Shown: positions 45,091 to 55,807, counted from the stretch's first letter. The stretch: 64,000 bases of DNA from an uncultured Aliarcobacter sp. (GCA_963677435.1 OY781945.1:960001-1024000), one strand, 5' to 3'. Program-made: numbers and translations. Notes: generated from the letters alone by a model not told the origin.

Positions 45091-46034
45091 TGAAAAGAGT
45101 GTTGTTTTTAGTGTTGTTATTTTCAAGTATGGTTTTTGCCAATGAAAGAGTACTTGTTAATATAATAAAAAATGTATCAATTCCAAATGTTGAGATGGCA
45201 ATTAAAGATGCAAAAATTTTACAAAAAGATGTAAATGCACAAAATTTTACAAATTTTTTGATGGATTGGAAAAAAGTTGAGGCTTTTTATATTGCTGGTG
45301 ATTTAGATGAAAATTATGCTGATATGCCAAGATATATGGATGTTTTTAATAATCTAAAAGAGGATTTAAGTGTTCAAATGCAAAGGGTTATTGAGTCAAA
45401 AGATGAGGTAAATATTGCTTTATTCAAAAATTCATTTAAAACTATAAATGCTTTAGAGTATGTTTTATTTAACGATAAAGATATTTCACAAAGAGAAAAA
45501 GATTTAAGTGTTGCTATTTTAGATTCAATGATTTCACATTTGCAAGATGTTGATAATGTTTACAAAGCATATTTAGCAAATCCATCAAAAGATGAAAAAT
45601 GGGAAAATTCTTTAGTAATTAATACTTTAATTGCTAGTTCATATAGATTAAAAGAGTGGAGAATTGGAAATCCAAGTGGATTTGCTGGTAAATTTAAAAA
45701 TGATCCAAAAAATGAAAGAGCAGAGTATTTCTTAAGTCAAAACTCATTTGCAGCAATTGAAGCTATTTTAGAAGCTCATAAACAAATAGTTGAAAAACAC
45801 CAATATTATGACTTTGCTTCATACGCTATGAATAAAGGTGCAGCGGTTCAGCTTTTAATGGTAATTGATGATATTAATCAAACTCAAGATGAGTTGAAAA
45901 AACTTAAAAAAGATGATTTCACAAATGCAAAAGCACTATTTAATAGTGCGAAAGATTTGCATAATGCTTATTATTCATCATTAATTGGTCAACTAAGTGT
46001 AACAGCTAAAATTTTAGATGCAGATGGAGATTAA
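45090..46034 (+). CDS. Second imelysin-like periplasmic protein
   Basis: Signal peptide; degenerate TINALEYVLF motif; C-terminal DADGD. Confidence 0.8.
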   Translation: MKRVLFLVLLFSSMVFANERVLVNIIKNVSIPNVEMAIKDAKILQKDVNAQNFTNFLMDWKKVEAFYIAGDLDENYADMPRYMDVFNNLKEDLSVQMQRVIESKDEVNIALFKNSFKTINALEYVLFNDKDISQREKDLSVAILDSMISHLQDVDNVYKAYLANPSKDEKWENSLVINTLIASSYRLKEWRIGNPSGFAGKFKNDPKNERAEYFLSQNSFAAIEAILEAHKQIVEKHQYYDFASYAMNKGAAVQLLMVIDDINQTQDELKKLKKDDFTNAKALFNSAKDLHNAYYSSLIGQLSVTAKILDADGD

Positions 46035-46037
46035 AAA

Positions 46038-47009
46038 TTGAACGATTTTTTTGCACTTGAATATTTAATAAATCCAAATAAAAGAATTTTTTGGATTTAT
46101 ATAATATCTTCAATATTATTAGCAGTAATCTATTTTTATATTAGTAAAAAAAATACAAGGGTGATTTTCTCTTCAAAACTTTGGTTACATCCAAGTGCGA
46201 AGTTGGATTATTACTACTTTTTTTTATCATATTTTATAAATATTTTTTTGTTAATTCCTTTTATAATAAGTGCAAAAACTATCGCTTTTAGTGTAAATAA
46301 ATTTTTATATGAACAGTTTGATTATTTTGAAAATAGCTATTTCTCTTATGAAATGATTATTTTTATGTATACGGTTATTATTTTTTTAGTAAGTGATTTT
46401 TCACGATACTGGCTTCATAGATTTTTGCACACGATTCCTTTTTTATGGGAATTTCATAAAATTCATCATAGTGCAAAAGTTTTAACACCAATTACATTTT
46501 ATCGAGTTCATCCAGTTGAAAATTTTCTTTTTGGACTGAGATATTCTTTAAGTATTGGATTAGTTACAGGAGTATTTATCTATTTTTTTGGTGCGATGAT
46601 AGATATTTACATGATTTTTGGAGTTAATGCTTTTATATTTATTTTTTCAATATTTGGTTCAAATTTGAGACATTCTCATGTTGCTATTTCTTATGGAAGA
46701 TTTATAGAGAAGTGGTTAATTTCACCAAAACAGCACCAAATTCACCACAGTCGAAAACATTTTGATAAAAACTATGGTGGTTATGTTGCTATTTGGGACA
46801 GAGTTTTTGGAACTTTATGTTTATCAAATAGCGTGAAAGTTATGAAATTTGGTTTAAGAACTGAGCAAATGAAAGATTATCTTTCTTTAAAAGATTTATT
46901 ATTTAGACCATTTACAAATTTATTAAAAAAAAGGGGGATTTATGAAAAGTTCAAAATTGTTAGTGGCTATGTTTTTAGCATTTTCAAGTATGAGTTTAAG
47001 TGCAAGTGA
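46038..47009 (+). CDS. Sterol desaturase / fatty acid hydroxylase family membrane di-iron protein
   Basis: His boxes HRFLH, HKIHH, HQIHH; IWDRVFGT. Confidence 0.9.
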   Translation: MNDFFALEYLINPNKRIFWIYIISSILLAVIYFYISKKNTRVIFSSKLWLHPSAKLDYYYFFLSYFINIFLLIPFIISAKTIAFSVNKFLYEQFDYFENSYFSYEMIIFMYTVIIFLVSDFSRYWLHRFLHTIPFLWEFHKIHHSAKVLTPITFYRVHPVENFLFGLRYSLSIGLVTGVFIYFFGAMIDIYMIFGVNAFIFIFSIFGSNLRHSHVAISYGRFIEKWLISPKQHQIHHSRKHFDKNYGGYVAIWDRVFGTLCLSNSVKVMKFGLRTEQMKDYLSLKDLLFRPFTNLLKKRGIYEKFKIVSGYVFSIFKYEFKCK

Positions 47010-48069
47010 TGTTTTATCAAAAGAGGAGTTAGGACAGATTTTATTTTTTGATAAAAATTTATCAAATAATAGAACACAAGCCTGTGCAACATGTCACAAT
47101 CCAGAAAGTGGTTTTGTAGATAACAGAGATAATGGTGTAAAAAAAATGGCATCAATGGGTGATAACAATAAGTCAATTGGAGATAGGGAAGCTCCAACTG
47201 CATCTTATGCAAAATTTTCACCTGCATTTCATTTTGATGAGAAAAAACAAAAATATATTGGTGGACAGTTTTGGGACGGTCGAGCTGCTACTTTAGAAGA
47301 GCAAGCTGGAGGTCCACCTTTAAATCCAGATGAGATGGGAATGATAAGTAAAAAAGAAGTTGTAAATAGAATCAAAGAAAATGACTTATATGTAAATTCA
47401 TTTAAAAAACTTTTTGGAAAAGATATATTAGAAAATGAAGAAAAAGCATATACAGCATTAACACAAGTAATAGCAGCATTTGAAAAAACAGATACTTTTT
47501 CACCATTTGATTCAAAATATGATAGATATTTAAAAGGTGAATATGATTTAACTCCAACTGAAGATTTAGGAAAATCATTATTCTTTTCAAATAATAATAA
47601 CTCTTGTTCAACTTGCCATGTTTTAAAAGGTGAAGATAAAGAGGGTGAAACATTTACAAATTATGAGTTCCACAATATTGGAGTTCCAGCAAATGAAACT
47701 TTAAGAGCAAAAAATGGTGCAAAAGATTTAGATAAAGGTCTTTTAAATAATCCAGCTGTTACAGATGAAGCTCAAAGGGGAAAATATAAAGTTCCAACAC
47801 TGAGAAATGTGGCAGTTACTGCTCCATATATGCACAATGGTGTATTTACTGATTTAAGAACAGTAATTGAGTTTTATGATAAATATAATAACAAAGATAG
47901 AACGATAAATCCTGAAACAGGAAAAGTTTGGGATGAACCAGAAGTAAAAGATACTATTTCTATAAAAGAGTTAAAAGCAAAAGAGTTAACAGATAGAAAA
48001 GTTGATGCTTTAGTTGCATTTTTAAAACTTTTAACGGATAAAAAGTATGAACATTTGTTGGAAAAATAG
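46942..48069 (+). CDS. MauG-like di-heme cytochrome c peroxidase-family enzyme
   Basis: CATCH, QFWDGRA, LNPDEM, CSTCH, PYMHNGVFTDLRT..FYDKY, INPETG. Confidence 0.9.
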   Translation: MKSSKLLVAMFLAFSSMSLSASDVLSKEELGQILFFDKNLSNNRTQACATCHNPESGFVDNRDNGVKKMASMGDNNKSIGDREAPTASYAKFSPAFHFDEKKQKYIGGQFWDGRAATLEEQAGGPPLNPDEMGMISKKEVVNRIKENDLYVNSFKKLFGKDILENEEKAYTALTQVIAAFEKTDTFSPFDSKYDRYLKGEYDLTPTEDLGKSLFFSNNNNSCSTCHVLKGEDKEGETFTNYEFHNIGVPANETLRAKNGAKDLDKGLLNNPAVTDEAQRGKYKVPTLRNVAVTAPYMHNGVFTDLRTVIEFYDKYNNKDRTINPETGKVWDEPEVKDTISIKELKAKELTDRKVDALVAFLKLLTDKKYEHLLEK

Positions 48070-48138
48070 GCCATTAAAAAGTTATTTTTTATTATTCTAT
48101 TATCAAGAAGATGGTAGAATACTTAAAAAAGGCTTTTA

Positions 48139-48414
48139 ATGAACTATAAAATAATATTATTTTTTATTTCTTCTTCTTTATTTGCTAATGAAATTAATTT
48201 TATAGATTTAGAAAAAGAAAAAATGGGACTAATAGAAAAGTATTATAATAGAGTGAACAAGGCAAAAGAAAATCATTTTAATGATAGGATTGTTTTATTA
48301 AGTGAAACATTAAATTGCTTTATACTTTCAAAAAGTAAAAGAGATATCTTAAACTGTAAATCTATTGAAAGAAAAAAGATTATGGATTTAGTAAGAGGTC
48401 GGAATATTGAGTAG
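48139..48414 (+). CDS. Small exported hypothetical protein
   Basis: Signal peptide ending LFA; two Cys residues. Confidence 0.65.
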   Translation: MNYKIILFFISSSLFANEINFIDLEKEKMGLIEKYYNRVNKAKENHFNDRIVLLSETLNCFILSKSKRDILNCKSIERKKIMDLVRGRNIE

Positions 48415-48440
48415 AATCTTCTAGTTTAGAAGATTCTACT

Positions 48441-48749
48441 TTAAACATTTAAATATAAAATTCCTTCTTCAACTCTTGTTTCATAAACCCCTGTACAGCC
48501 ACTATCATTTCCTAAAGCTTGTCCTGTTTTTAAATCTATTTCCCAGTTGTGTAAAGGGCATGTTACTTGTTTGTCATGAACTAAACCTTCGCTTAGTTTT
48601 CCTTTTTTGTGTGGACAGATATTGTTTACAGCAAAGATTGAACCATCTCTTGTTTTAAAAATCGCGATTTCAGTTTCACCAATTTCTACTTTTCTTGAAC
48701 CCATTTCAGGGATATTTTCAAGTTGCGTGATTTTGTACCATTTTGCCAT
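48441..48749 (-). CDS. nirD: Nitrite reductase small subunit (Rieske-type)
   Basis: CPH...CPLH; AAAGGAG RBS before MAKWYK. Confidence 0.93.
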   Translation of the reverse strand: MAKWYKITQLENIPEMGSRKVEIGETEIAIFKTRDGSIFAVNNICPHKKGKLSEGLVHDKQVTCPLHNWEIDLKTGQALGNDSGCTGVYETRVEEGILYLNV

Positions 48750-48750
48750 G

Positions 48751-51216
48751 TTAAATTTGCTCCTTTGCTTCAAAACTATGAGATTCTTCTGGGTTTATAA
48801 CAATTGAATTAAACTCTTTTGTAAATCCATCTTCTATTGCTTTTGCCCAAGGGTCAACTTGTGCTGATTTTTGTGATATTTCAAATCTTTGCGCATAATA
48901 AGCCACTTTTTCTTTATCTAACATCACATCTTTTACATATTGTAATCCAGTTCTTTCAACCCAATGAGCAGTTCTTTCAAGATAATAAGCATCTTCTCTA
49001 TAAAATTGCATAAAGGCTTTTACATAAGTTAATAACTCTTCATCTGTTTCAACTTTACAAAGGAAATCTGTAACTCTCACTTTTATACCACCATTTCCAG
49101 CAATTGAAATTTCCCAACCAGAATCAACACCAATTACACCTAAATCTTTTATAGTGGCTTCCGCACAATTTCTAGGACAGCCTGAAACTGCAATTTTAAA
49201 TTTGTGTGGAGTCCAAGAACCCCATGTAAGTTTTTCAATAATCACACCCATATTCATAGAATCTTGAGTTCCAAATCTACACCAAGTATTTCCCACACAA
49301 GTTTTTACAGTTCTTAAACCCTTTGCATAAGCTTGACCTGATACAAAACCAGCATCATTTAAATCTTTCCACATAGGTTCAAGTTGTTCTTTTTTAACTC
49401 CCAACATATCAAGTCTTTGACCACCAGTGAATTTTACTGTTGGAACATCATATTTAACTGCAATATCTGCAATATCTTTTAACTCTTGTGGACTTGTAAG
49501 TCCTCCCCAAATTCTAGGAACCACTGAATAAGTTCCATCTTTTTGGATATTCGCAAACATTCTGTCATTTACAAGTGCGCTTCTTTTGTCATTTTTATAT
49601 TTATCATCATTGTATTTTACAAGTAAATAGTAGTTTATTGCTGGTCGACATTTTGAACAACCATCAGTAGTTTTCCACTGTAATGATTTGAAAACATCAT
49701 AAACAGTTTCAAATTCTCCCTCATCAACTGCTTTTTTAATATCTTTGTGTCCAAGTGTTGTACAACCACAAATTCCCTCTTCAATAGCATTATATTCATC
49801 ACCTAAAGTATTAACTAAAATTTGCTCAACTAATCCAAGACATGAACCACAAGAAGCTCCAGCTTTTGTACATGATTTTACAGCGCTTAGTGATTTTAAA
49901 TCTTTATCTTTGATGGCAGATACAATGTCGCCTTTACAAACTCCATTACATCCACAAACTTCTTCATCATCACTCATACTGTTTATATCATTTCCACCAT
50001 GACCGCTATCACCTGAAAGTGCAGATTTTCCAAATAGGATTTTTGTTCTTAAATCTGAAATATCCGTATGTTCTTTTAAAAGTTTTAAATACCAAGACGC
50101 ATCACTTGTATCTCCATAAAGAACAACTCCTATGATTTTGTTTTCATAGATTACAAGTTTTTTATAGATTCCCGCTTTTTCATCAAGTAAAATTAAATCC
50201 TCAGTTGTTACATCTCCTAAATAATCTCCTGCACTAAACAAATCAACACCTGAGATTTTAAGTCTAGTTGATAAAGTAGAACCCTCATAACCTTCAGTTT
50301 TTTTATCTGCTAGAACTTTTGCTAAAACTTTTGCTTGTTCATATAGAGGAGCTACTAAACCATAAGTATTTCCATTGTGTTCAACACACTCTCCAATGGC
50401 AAAAATAGAATCATCAGAAGTTTTTAAGAAGTCATCTACAATAATTCCTTTATTACAGTTCAAAGAAGCATCAAGAGCTAATGCTGTATTTGGAATAATT
50501 CCAGTTGCAAAAACAACTAAATTTGACTCAACACTAACACCATCTGTGAAACTCACTTTTTCAACAATACCATCCCCTGAAATTTCTTGGATAGTTGTGT
50601 TTAATTTAAACTCAATTCCATAAGATTCAAGATTTTTTTGAAGTAATTTTCCACCAGTTGAGTCAAGTTGTTGAGATAGAATTGAGCCACTTCTATGAAC
50701 TAAAATAGTTTTAATTCCATGTTTAGCAATCCCATAAGCAGCTTCAAGTCCAAGAAGCCCACCACCAACTACAACAGCAGTTTTTTCTTTTCTAATAGTG
50801 CTAATAATTGCATCAACATCGGCTTTTGTTCTAAAAGCAATTACATTTTCAAGGTCACTTCCTTTTGTTTTAGGAACAAAAGCTCTTGAGCCAGTTGCTA
50901 TTAGAAGTTTGTCGTAAGATTCAGTTTTTCCACTGTCACTTTTGATTGTTTTACTATTTTTATCTATTGATACAATTTTATCACCTTTGTATAGAGTGAT
51001 ATTGTTTTGTTCATACCATGATAAATGATTTATGATTGTATCTTCAAAAGTTTTTTCAGTTGAGAGTATATAAGATAACATGATTCTATTATAGTTTACA
51101 TGAGGTTCTTCCCCATAAATAGTGATGTCATATTTATCTTTGTTTATTTCTAAAAGGTCTTCGATGGTTCGAAGTCCACTCATCCCATTTCCGATTACTA
51201 CTAGTTTTTCTTTCAT
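48751..51216 (-). CDS. nirB: NAD(P)H-dependent nitrite reductase large subunit
   Basis: VIGNGM, GGGLLGLEAA, BFD-like Cys clusters, VKTCVGNTWCRFG, SGCPRNC. Confidence 0.96.
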   Translation of the reverse strand: MKEKLVVIGNGMSGLRTIEDLLEINKDKYDITIYGEEPHVNYNRIMLSYILSTEKTFEDTIINHLSWYEQNNITLYKGDKIVSIDKNSKTIKSDSGKTESYDKLLIATGSRAFVPKTKGSDLENVIAFRTKADVDAIISTIRKEKTAVVVGGGLLGLEAAYGIAKHGIKTILVHRSGSILSQQLDSTGGKLLQKNLESYGIEFKLNTTIQEISGDGIVEKVSFTDGVSVESNLVVFATGIIPNTALALDASLNCNKGIIVDDFLKTSDDSIFAIGECVEHNGNTYGLVAPLYEQAKVLAKVLADKKTEGYEGSTLSTRLKISGVDLFSAGDYLGDVTTEDLILLDEKAGIYKKLVIYENKIIGVVLYGDTSDASWYLKLLKEHTDISDLRTKILFGKSALSGDSGHGGNDINSMSDDEEVCGCNGVCKGDIVSAIKDKDLKSLSAVKSCTKAGASCGSCLGLVEQILVNTLGDEYNAIEEGICGCTTLGHKDIKKAVDEGEFETVYDVFKSLQWKTTDGCSKCRPAINYYLLVKYNDDKYKNDKRSALVNDRMFANIQKDGTYSVVPRIWGGLTSPQELKDIADIAVKYDVPTVKFTGGQRLDMLGVKKEQLEPMWKDLNDAGFVSGQAYAKGLRTVKTCVGNTWCRFGTQDSMNMGVIIEKLTWGSWTPHKFKIAVSGCPRNCAEATIKDLGVIGVDSGWEISIAGNGGIKVRVTDFLCKVETDEELLTYVKAFMQFYREDAYYLERTAHWVERTGLQYVKDVMLDKEKVAYYAQRFEISQKSAQVDPWAKAIEDGFTKEFNSIVINPEESHSFEAKEQI

Positions 51217-51280
51217 AACTATTCCTTTTTCTCTTATGGAATAATTATGACAAAGATAAAAGTTTTTTTGTTAAAAAACA

Positions 51281-51297
51281 TGTATATAAAGTATTCA
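51281..51297. promoter_or_regulatory. Candidate regulator site upstream of nirB
   Basis: TGTATA-TAAAG-TATTCA, 31 nt upstream of the minus-strand -10 CATAAT (51244-51249). Confidence 0.65.
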
Positions 51298-51460
51298 ATA
51301 ATCTTAATTTTTAATTAAATTAATATATAAATAGATGAATTGTATTTAAAATTATGTATTTAATGCTTAATTTTACATTAATTTAAAGCATTGATTTTGA
51401 TCAAGATAATTTCTGTCTTAATTCAATATACTTCAATTATAAAATAATAAAGGAGACAAT

Positions 51461-52870
51461 ATGTTTAATTTCAAATCATTATATTTAAGAATGACAATCA
51501 TACATTATATAGGGATTATAATACTTCCATTAAATGCATTTTTATTTACTACAACAACTATTTCACAAATTGTTCAAATCATTATTGCATTAGCACTTAT
51601 TATTCATGAGTTAGATGAAAGAAAAAATGGAAAGTTATTATCAAAAGAGTTAGTAAATTTTCTTAAAAATATGGATAATAAAAATGTGAGTTTTGATATA
51701 AATACTTCAATGGCAAGTGAATATTCACAAATAAAAGATGTTATTGATAAAAGAGAACAAGACCTTATCAAAAAAGAGAAAGAAGAGATGCTTTTAATTG
51801 AAGAAGCCAAAATGGTAATGAACAAGGTAAAACATGGTTTATATTCTCAAACTATTACTTCAAGTACATCTAATAAATCATTGGAACAGTTTAAAAATGG
51901 TGTAAATGAGATGATAAGTGAAACAAGAAAACACTTTTTAAATGTAAATGCTATTTTGGAAAAATATACAAAATACGATTACACAGATACTTTGAAGTTT
52001 GAAAATATTTCAAAAGAGGGGGAATTTCAACATTTAGTTGAAGCGGTAAATAAATTAAAAGAGGCAATTACTCAAATGTTATTGGAAAACAAAAAAAATG
52101 GTGTGGCTCTTCAAAATTCATCTGAGATTTTATTAAACAATGTTGATAAACTTAATTTATCTTCAAATGAAGCATCAAGTAGTTTGAAAAATACAGCATT
52201 AGTTTTAAGTGAAATAACAAAAAATGTTGATAAAACATCTGTTGAAACTATCCAAATGTCAAGCCTAGCAAATGCAGTTGTGGAATCTTCTAATGAGGGA
52301 TTATCTTTGGCTTATAAAACAACAACTGCAATGGATGAAATAAATCAAAAAGTAAGTGCCATAAATGAATCAATTATTTTAATAGATCAAATTGCATTTC
52401 AAACAAATATTTTATCTTTAAATGCAGCAGTAGAAGCAGCAACAGCTGGTGAAGCAGGGAAAGGATTTGCAGTAGTTGCACAAGAAGTGCGAAATCTTGC
52501 AAATAGAAGTACAGAAGTTGCCCGTGAAATAAAAAATCTTGTTGAATCTGCAAATATAAAAGCAAATAATGGAAAAACAATAGCAAATGAAATGATTGAG
52601 GGTTATACGGTTTTAAATACAAATATTGATAAAACAATTGAACTAATAGGAAGTGTTGCCAATATTTCAAAAGAGCAACAAACAGGAATTATTCAAATAA
52701 ACAATGCAATAAATATATTAGAAGAACAAGTTCATTCAAACGCAGAAGTTTCATCACAAGCTAATAATATTGCAATTAAAACATCAGATATTGCAAATAC
52801 TATTGTGGATAATGCAAACCAAAAAGAGTTTGAGGGGAAAAATAGCATAAGTTGTAAAAGATGCAGTTAA
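51461..52870 (+). CDS. Methyl-accepting chemotaxis protein without a periplasmic domain
   Basis: Two adjacent TM helices followed by [17 protein letters not shown]. Confidence 0.93.
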   Translation: MFNFKSLYLRMTIIHYIGIIILPLNAFLFTTTTISQIVQIIIALALIIHELDERKNGKLLSKELVNFLKNMDNKNVSFDINTSMASEYSQIKDVIDKREQDLIKKEKEEMLLIEEAKMVMNKVKHGLYSQTITSSTSNKSLEQFKNGVNEMISETRKHFLNVNAILEKYTKYDYTDTLKFENISKEGEFQHLVEAVNKLKEAITQMLLENKKNGVALQNSSEILLNNVDKLNLSSNEASSSLKNTALVLSEITKNVDKTSVETIQMSSLANAVVESSNEGLSLAYKTTTAMDEINQKVSAINESIILIDQIAFQTNILSLNAAVEAATAGEAGKGFAVVAQEVRNLANRSTEVAREIKNLVESANIKANNGKTIANEMIEGYTVLNTNIDKTIELIGSVANISKEQQTGIIQINNAINILEEQVHSNAEVSSQANNIAIKTSDIANTIVDNANQKEFEGKNSISCKRCS

Positions 52871-52887
52871 TATAAAAGGTAAATATT

Positions 52888-54102
52888 ATGAACTCAAGAA
52901 AAAAGAAAATCACTAATCCAAATAAAAAAGATTATAAAATATTACTAAAACATTATAAGTTTAATGAAGAAGATGCAAATAATTTACAAAGTATAAAAGA
53001 ACTAACAACTAGTTATTCAAAAGAGTTTTTAGATGGATTTTATAAGTTTATTTTGGAGTTTGATTATGCTCGTACATTTTTGCATAATCAAGAGATTCTT
53101 TTACGCCATAATGTAGGAATCCAAAATTGGTATAACAATCTATTTTGTGGATTTTATGATGAGGAATATTTTAATAAATTATACGCAATTAGTGAAATTC
53201 ATGTTCAAATAGGTTTACCTGCACATTATGTAAATACAGCTTTTAGTTATGTAAGAGGTTTTTTAAAAAGTATCTTAATAAAAGAAAAAAAATATGGTTT
53301 TTTATGTTCAGTTGATAAAATAATCGATATAAACTTAGATATTTTGACAATATCATATCAAGAAGGTGAACAAACTAAGCTATTAAAAGAGATAGCTTTT
53401 TTAAAAAATGTAGTTGATAACTCAAGTATAGAGCCTTATGTTCAGGGAATTTTTGATGCAAAAACTTTAAAAATTGAGAAATACGAATCATTAATGAGAT
53501 TAATTGAGCCAAAAACAAAAGAGGTGTTTTCAGTATTTTCTTATTTAGAAATCTCAAAAAAAATAAAACTATATGAAAAAATGATGGAAATTATGGTTAA
53601 TAAAACTTTTGAGTTATTTTCAAAAGAAGATATTGCTTTTAGTATAAATCTTTCCTATGAAGATATTGAAAATGAAACTTTTATGGGATTTTTATACAAA
53701 AAAATTAAAACTTATCATAAACCTCAAAATATTATTTTTGAGATATTAGAATCAGATTTTATAGAAGATTTTAGTGTGGTACAAGAGTTTACAACTTATG
53801 TGAGAACCTTTGGTTGTAAAATTGCAATTGATGATTTTGGAAGTGGATATTCAAGTATGGAAAATATTTTAAAACTAAAACCAGAAATTATAAAAATTGA
53901 TGCCTCTTTAATCAAAAATATCAACACTAGCGAAGAATCAAAAACAATAGTAAAAAATATAGTAAATATGGCAAAAGAACTAAACGCAAAAACCGTCGCT
54001 GAATATGTACATTCAAAAGAGGTTTTTGATATTGTAAAAAATATGAATATTGATTTTTTACAAGGGTTTTATTTGGGTGAGCCTAAAAGTAAACTAATTT
54101 GA
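52888..54102 (+). CDS. Protoglobin + EAL domain protein (globin-coupled phosphodiesterase)
   Basis: FY...HVQIGLPAHYV globin pattern; YESLMRL, DDFGSGYS, AEYV, QGFY. Confidence 0.85.
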   Translation: MNSRKKKITNPNKKDYKILLKHYKFNEEDANNLQSIKELTTSYSKEFLDGFYKFILEFDYARTFLHNQEILLRHNVGIQNWYNNLFCGFYDEEYFNKLYAISEIHVQIGLPAHYVNTAFSYVRGFLKSILIKEKKYGFLCSVDKIIDINLDILTISYQEGEQTKLLKEIAFLKNVVDNSSIEPYVQGIFDAKTLKIEKYESLMRLIEPKTKEVFSVFSYLEISKKIKLYEKMMEIMVNKTFELFSKEDIAFSINLSYEDIENETFMGFLYKKIKTYHKPQNIIFEILESDFIEDFSVVQEFTTYVRTFGCKIAIDDFGSGYSSMENILKLKPEIIKIDASLIKNINTSEESKTIVKNIVNMAKELNAKTVAEYVHSKEVFDIVKNMNIDFLQGFYLGEPKSKLI

Positions 54103-55343
54103 TATTCAATATTTTCTTTACAATCTTTTATAAGTGATTTTTCTATATTAATAGCTTTTGCTCTATCTTTAAAAGTTTTAATTATTTCAATAGATTTATT
54201 TATAATCTCTAAAGCTTTAGAGTTTTTTATAGAATGTAATTTTGCAATTTTTAGTAAATCATCTATTTTAAAATCTTTAGATTTTCCAGCAATAGTTGTT
54301 AAGTGTTGTGTCGCCATTCCTTTTGAATAAGTTATATCATAAGCAGGAGATAAAGACCAAATTCCTTGTTTATTCATAATATAAGAGAAGTTTTTTGTAT
54401 GGTCATCATAGTTTAAAGCTAAAACATTAAATACCATTCTTTTAAATAGTTCTTCAATATCTTCTTGGGAATTACATAAAATCCTTGTTAGTGTAAAAAG
54501 ATTTTCATAGGATGCAACTTGTGCAACTGATATATCTATATGCATAAGTCCTGCTGCTGTACATATATGAAGTTTGTTATCTTCTTCATCTCTATCAAAT
54601 CGTTCTACTATTAAATGATGCATACTATTTTCTTTTACCAATTTAAAATTTGCAGTATTAATTCCTGCATCTTTTGCCATTTGCATAAATATATATTCTA
54701 GTTTTGTTAAGCCAATACTTTCATTTTCATAATAAGATTCATCAAATTTTATTATTGCTCTTTTATAGTTTTTTTGAAGTTTTTGAGTATTTAATTTTAT
54801 ATTGTTATCTACTTCATTATATAAAATAAGCATTTTAGGTCTTCCTCCACCAACAGGTGAAACACTATCAATGATATTCATTAGATTCGTAATTGAAGAT
54901 TCTTTATTTTTGATATTTTTTTTCATCTCTTCATAGGCATCTTTGGCATTTAGAATAGAGTTAATATCTGTATTTTTAATATCTTCATGCTCTTTTGGTC
55001 GATATTCAATAGCACCCATTCCTCTATCACCAATAAAAGCTAATTTATGTAATAGGGTAATTTGCTGAGGTTTTAACTCTTGTCTTTCAAAATATCTATC
55101 AATAAAAGTCATACCATGTTTATCAGGTAAAGAATCAAAAAATACTCCAGCAATTCCCTTGTAAGTAGATATATTATCTTGATTTGTATATGCTTTGATA
55201 GTTTTTTGAGTGTGAAGTTTTATAGGTGAAATTTCTAAACCCAAAGATTTAAAAGCTTCATCATATTCAAAATAAATAGTTCCATTGTGATGGATTAAAG
55301 TTCCAATTTTATGACCATAAATATATGCTTCAATCTCTGTCAT
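54069..55343 (-). CDS. hipA: HipA-family toxin kinase
   Basis: DSLPD, RGMGAIEY, GGGRPK, VERFDR, NYDDHTKNFS, LSPAYD. Confidence 0.92.
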   Translation of the reverse strand: MTEIEAYIYGHKIGTLIHHNGTIYFEYDEAFKSLGLEISPIKLHTQKTIKAYTNQDNISTYKGIAGVFFDSLPDKHGMTFIDRYFERQELKPQQITLLHKLAFIGDRGMGAIEYRPKEHEDIKNTDINSILNAKDAYEEMKKNIKNKESSITNLMNIIDSVSPVGGGRPKMLILYNEVDNNIKLNTQKLQKNYKRAIIKFDESYYENESIGLTKLEYIFMQMAKDAGINTANFKLVKENSMHHLIVERFDRDEEDNKLHICTAAGLMHIDISVAQVASYENLFTLTRILCNSQEDIEELFKRMVFNVLALNYDDHTKNFSYIMNKQGIWSLSPAYDITYSKGMATQHLTTIAGKSKDFKIDDLLKIAKLHSIKNSKALEIINKSIEIIKTFKDRAKAINIEKSLIKDCKENIEYQISLLLGSPK

Positions 55344-55648
55344 TTGATAGCCTTTTTTACTCTTTGTTTGATTTTTGATTTTTTCTCATCTCTTATTTCA
55401 TCTATTGAACTAAACTCTTGAATAAATAAAAGAGCTTCAATATTAGAACTCATATCAAGTGCAAATAATAGTTTTAAAACATTTTCAAATGAAGTACTTT
55501 TATTTTTGATAAATTTACCATATCCTGAAGCAGAAAGTCCAGCTTTTTTGTATAAATCAGCTTGAGTCATATTTTTTCTAATTCTCTGTTTCTCAATATT
55601 TTCAACAAGCTTTTCCATAACTTCATAAGGTGTCATGAACTCTATCAT
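55340..55648 (-). CDS. XRE/HTH antitoxin partner of HipA
   Basis: RIRKNMTQADLYKKAGLS HTH; 4-nt overlap with the hipA start. Confidence 0.82.
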   Translation of the reverse strand: MIEFMTPYEVMEKLVENIEKQRIRKNMTQADLYKKAGLSASGYGKFIKNKSTSFENVLKLLFALDMSSNIEALLFIQEFSSIDEIRDEKKSKIKQRVKKAIK

Positions 55649-55807
55649 AATTATTCCTTTGGTAATAATTATATGGTTTTATTTAGTATAATTATTTTTA
55701 TTAGAGTAATTATAGCATATAAATAATCTAAGAATATAAGAGATATTTTTAAAAGGTGTTTTTAATTATTCAGATATTATTACAATAATGAATTTATAGG
55801 AGTACAT

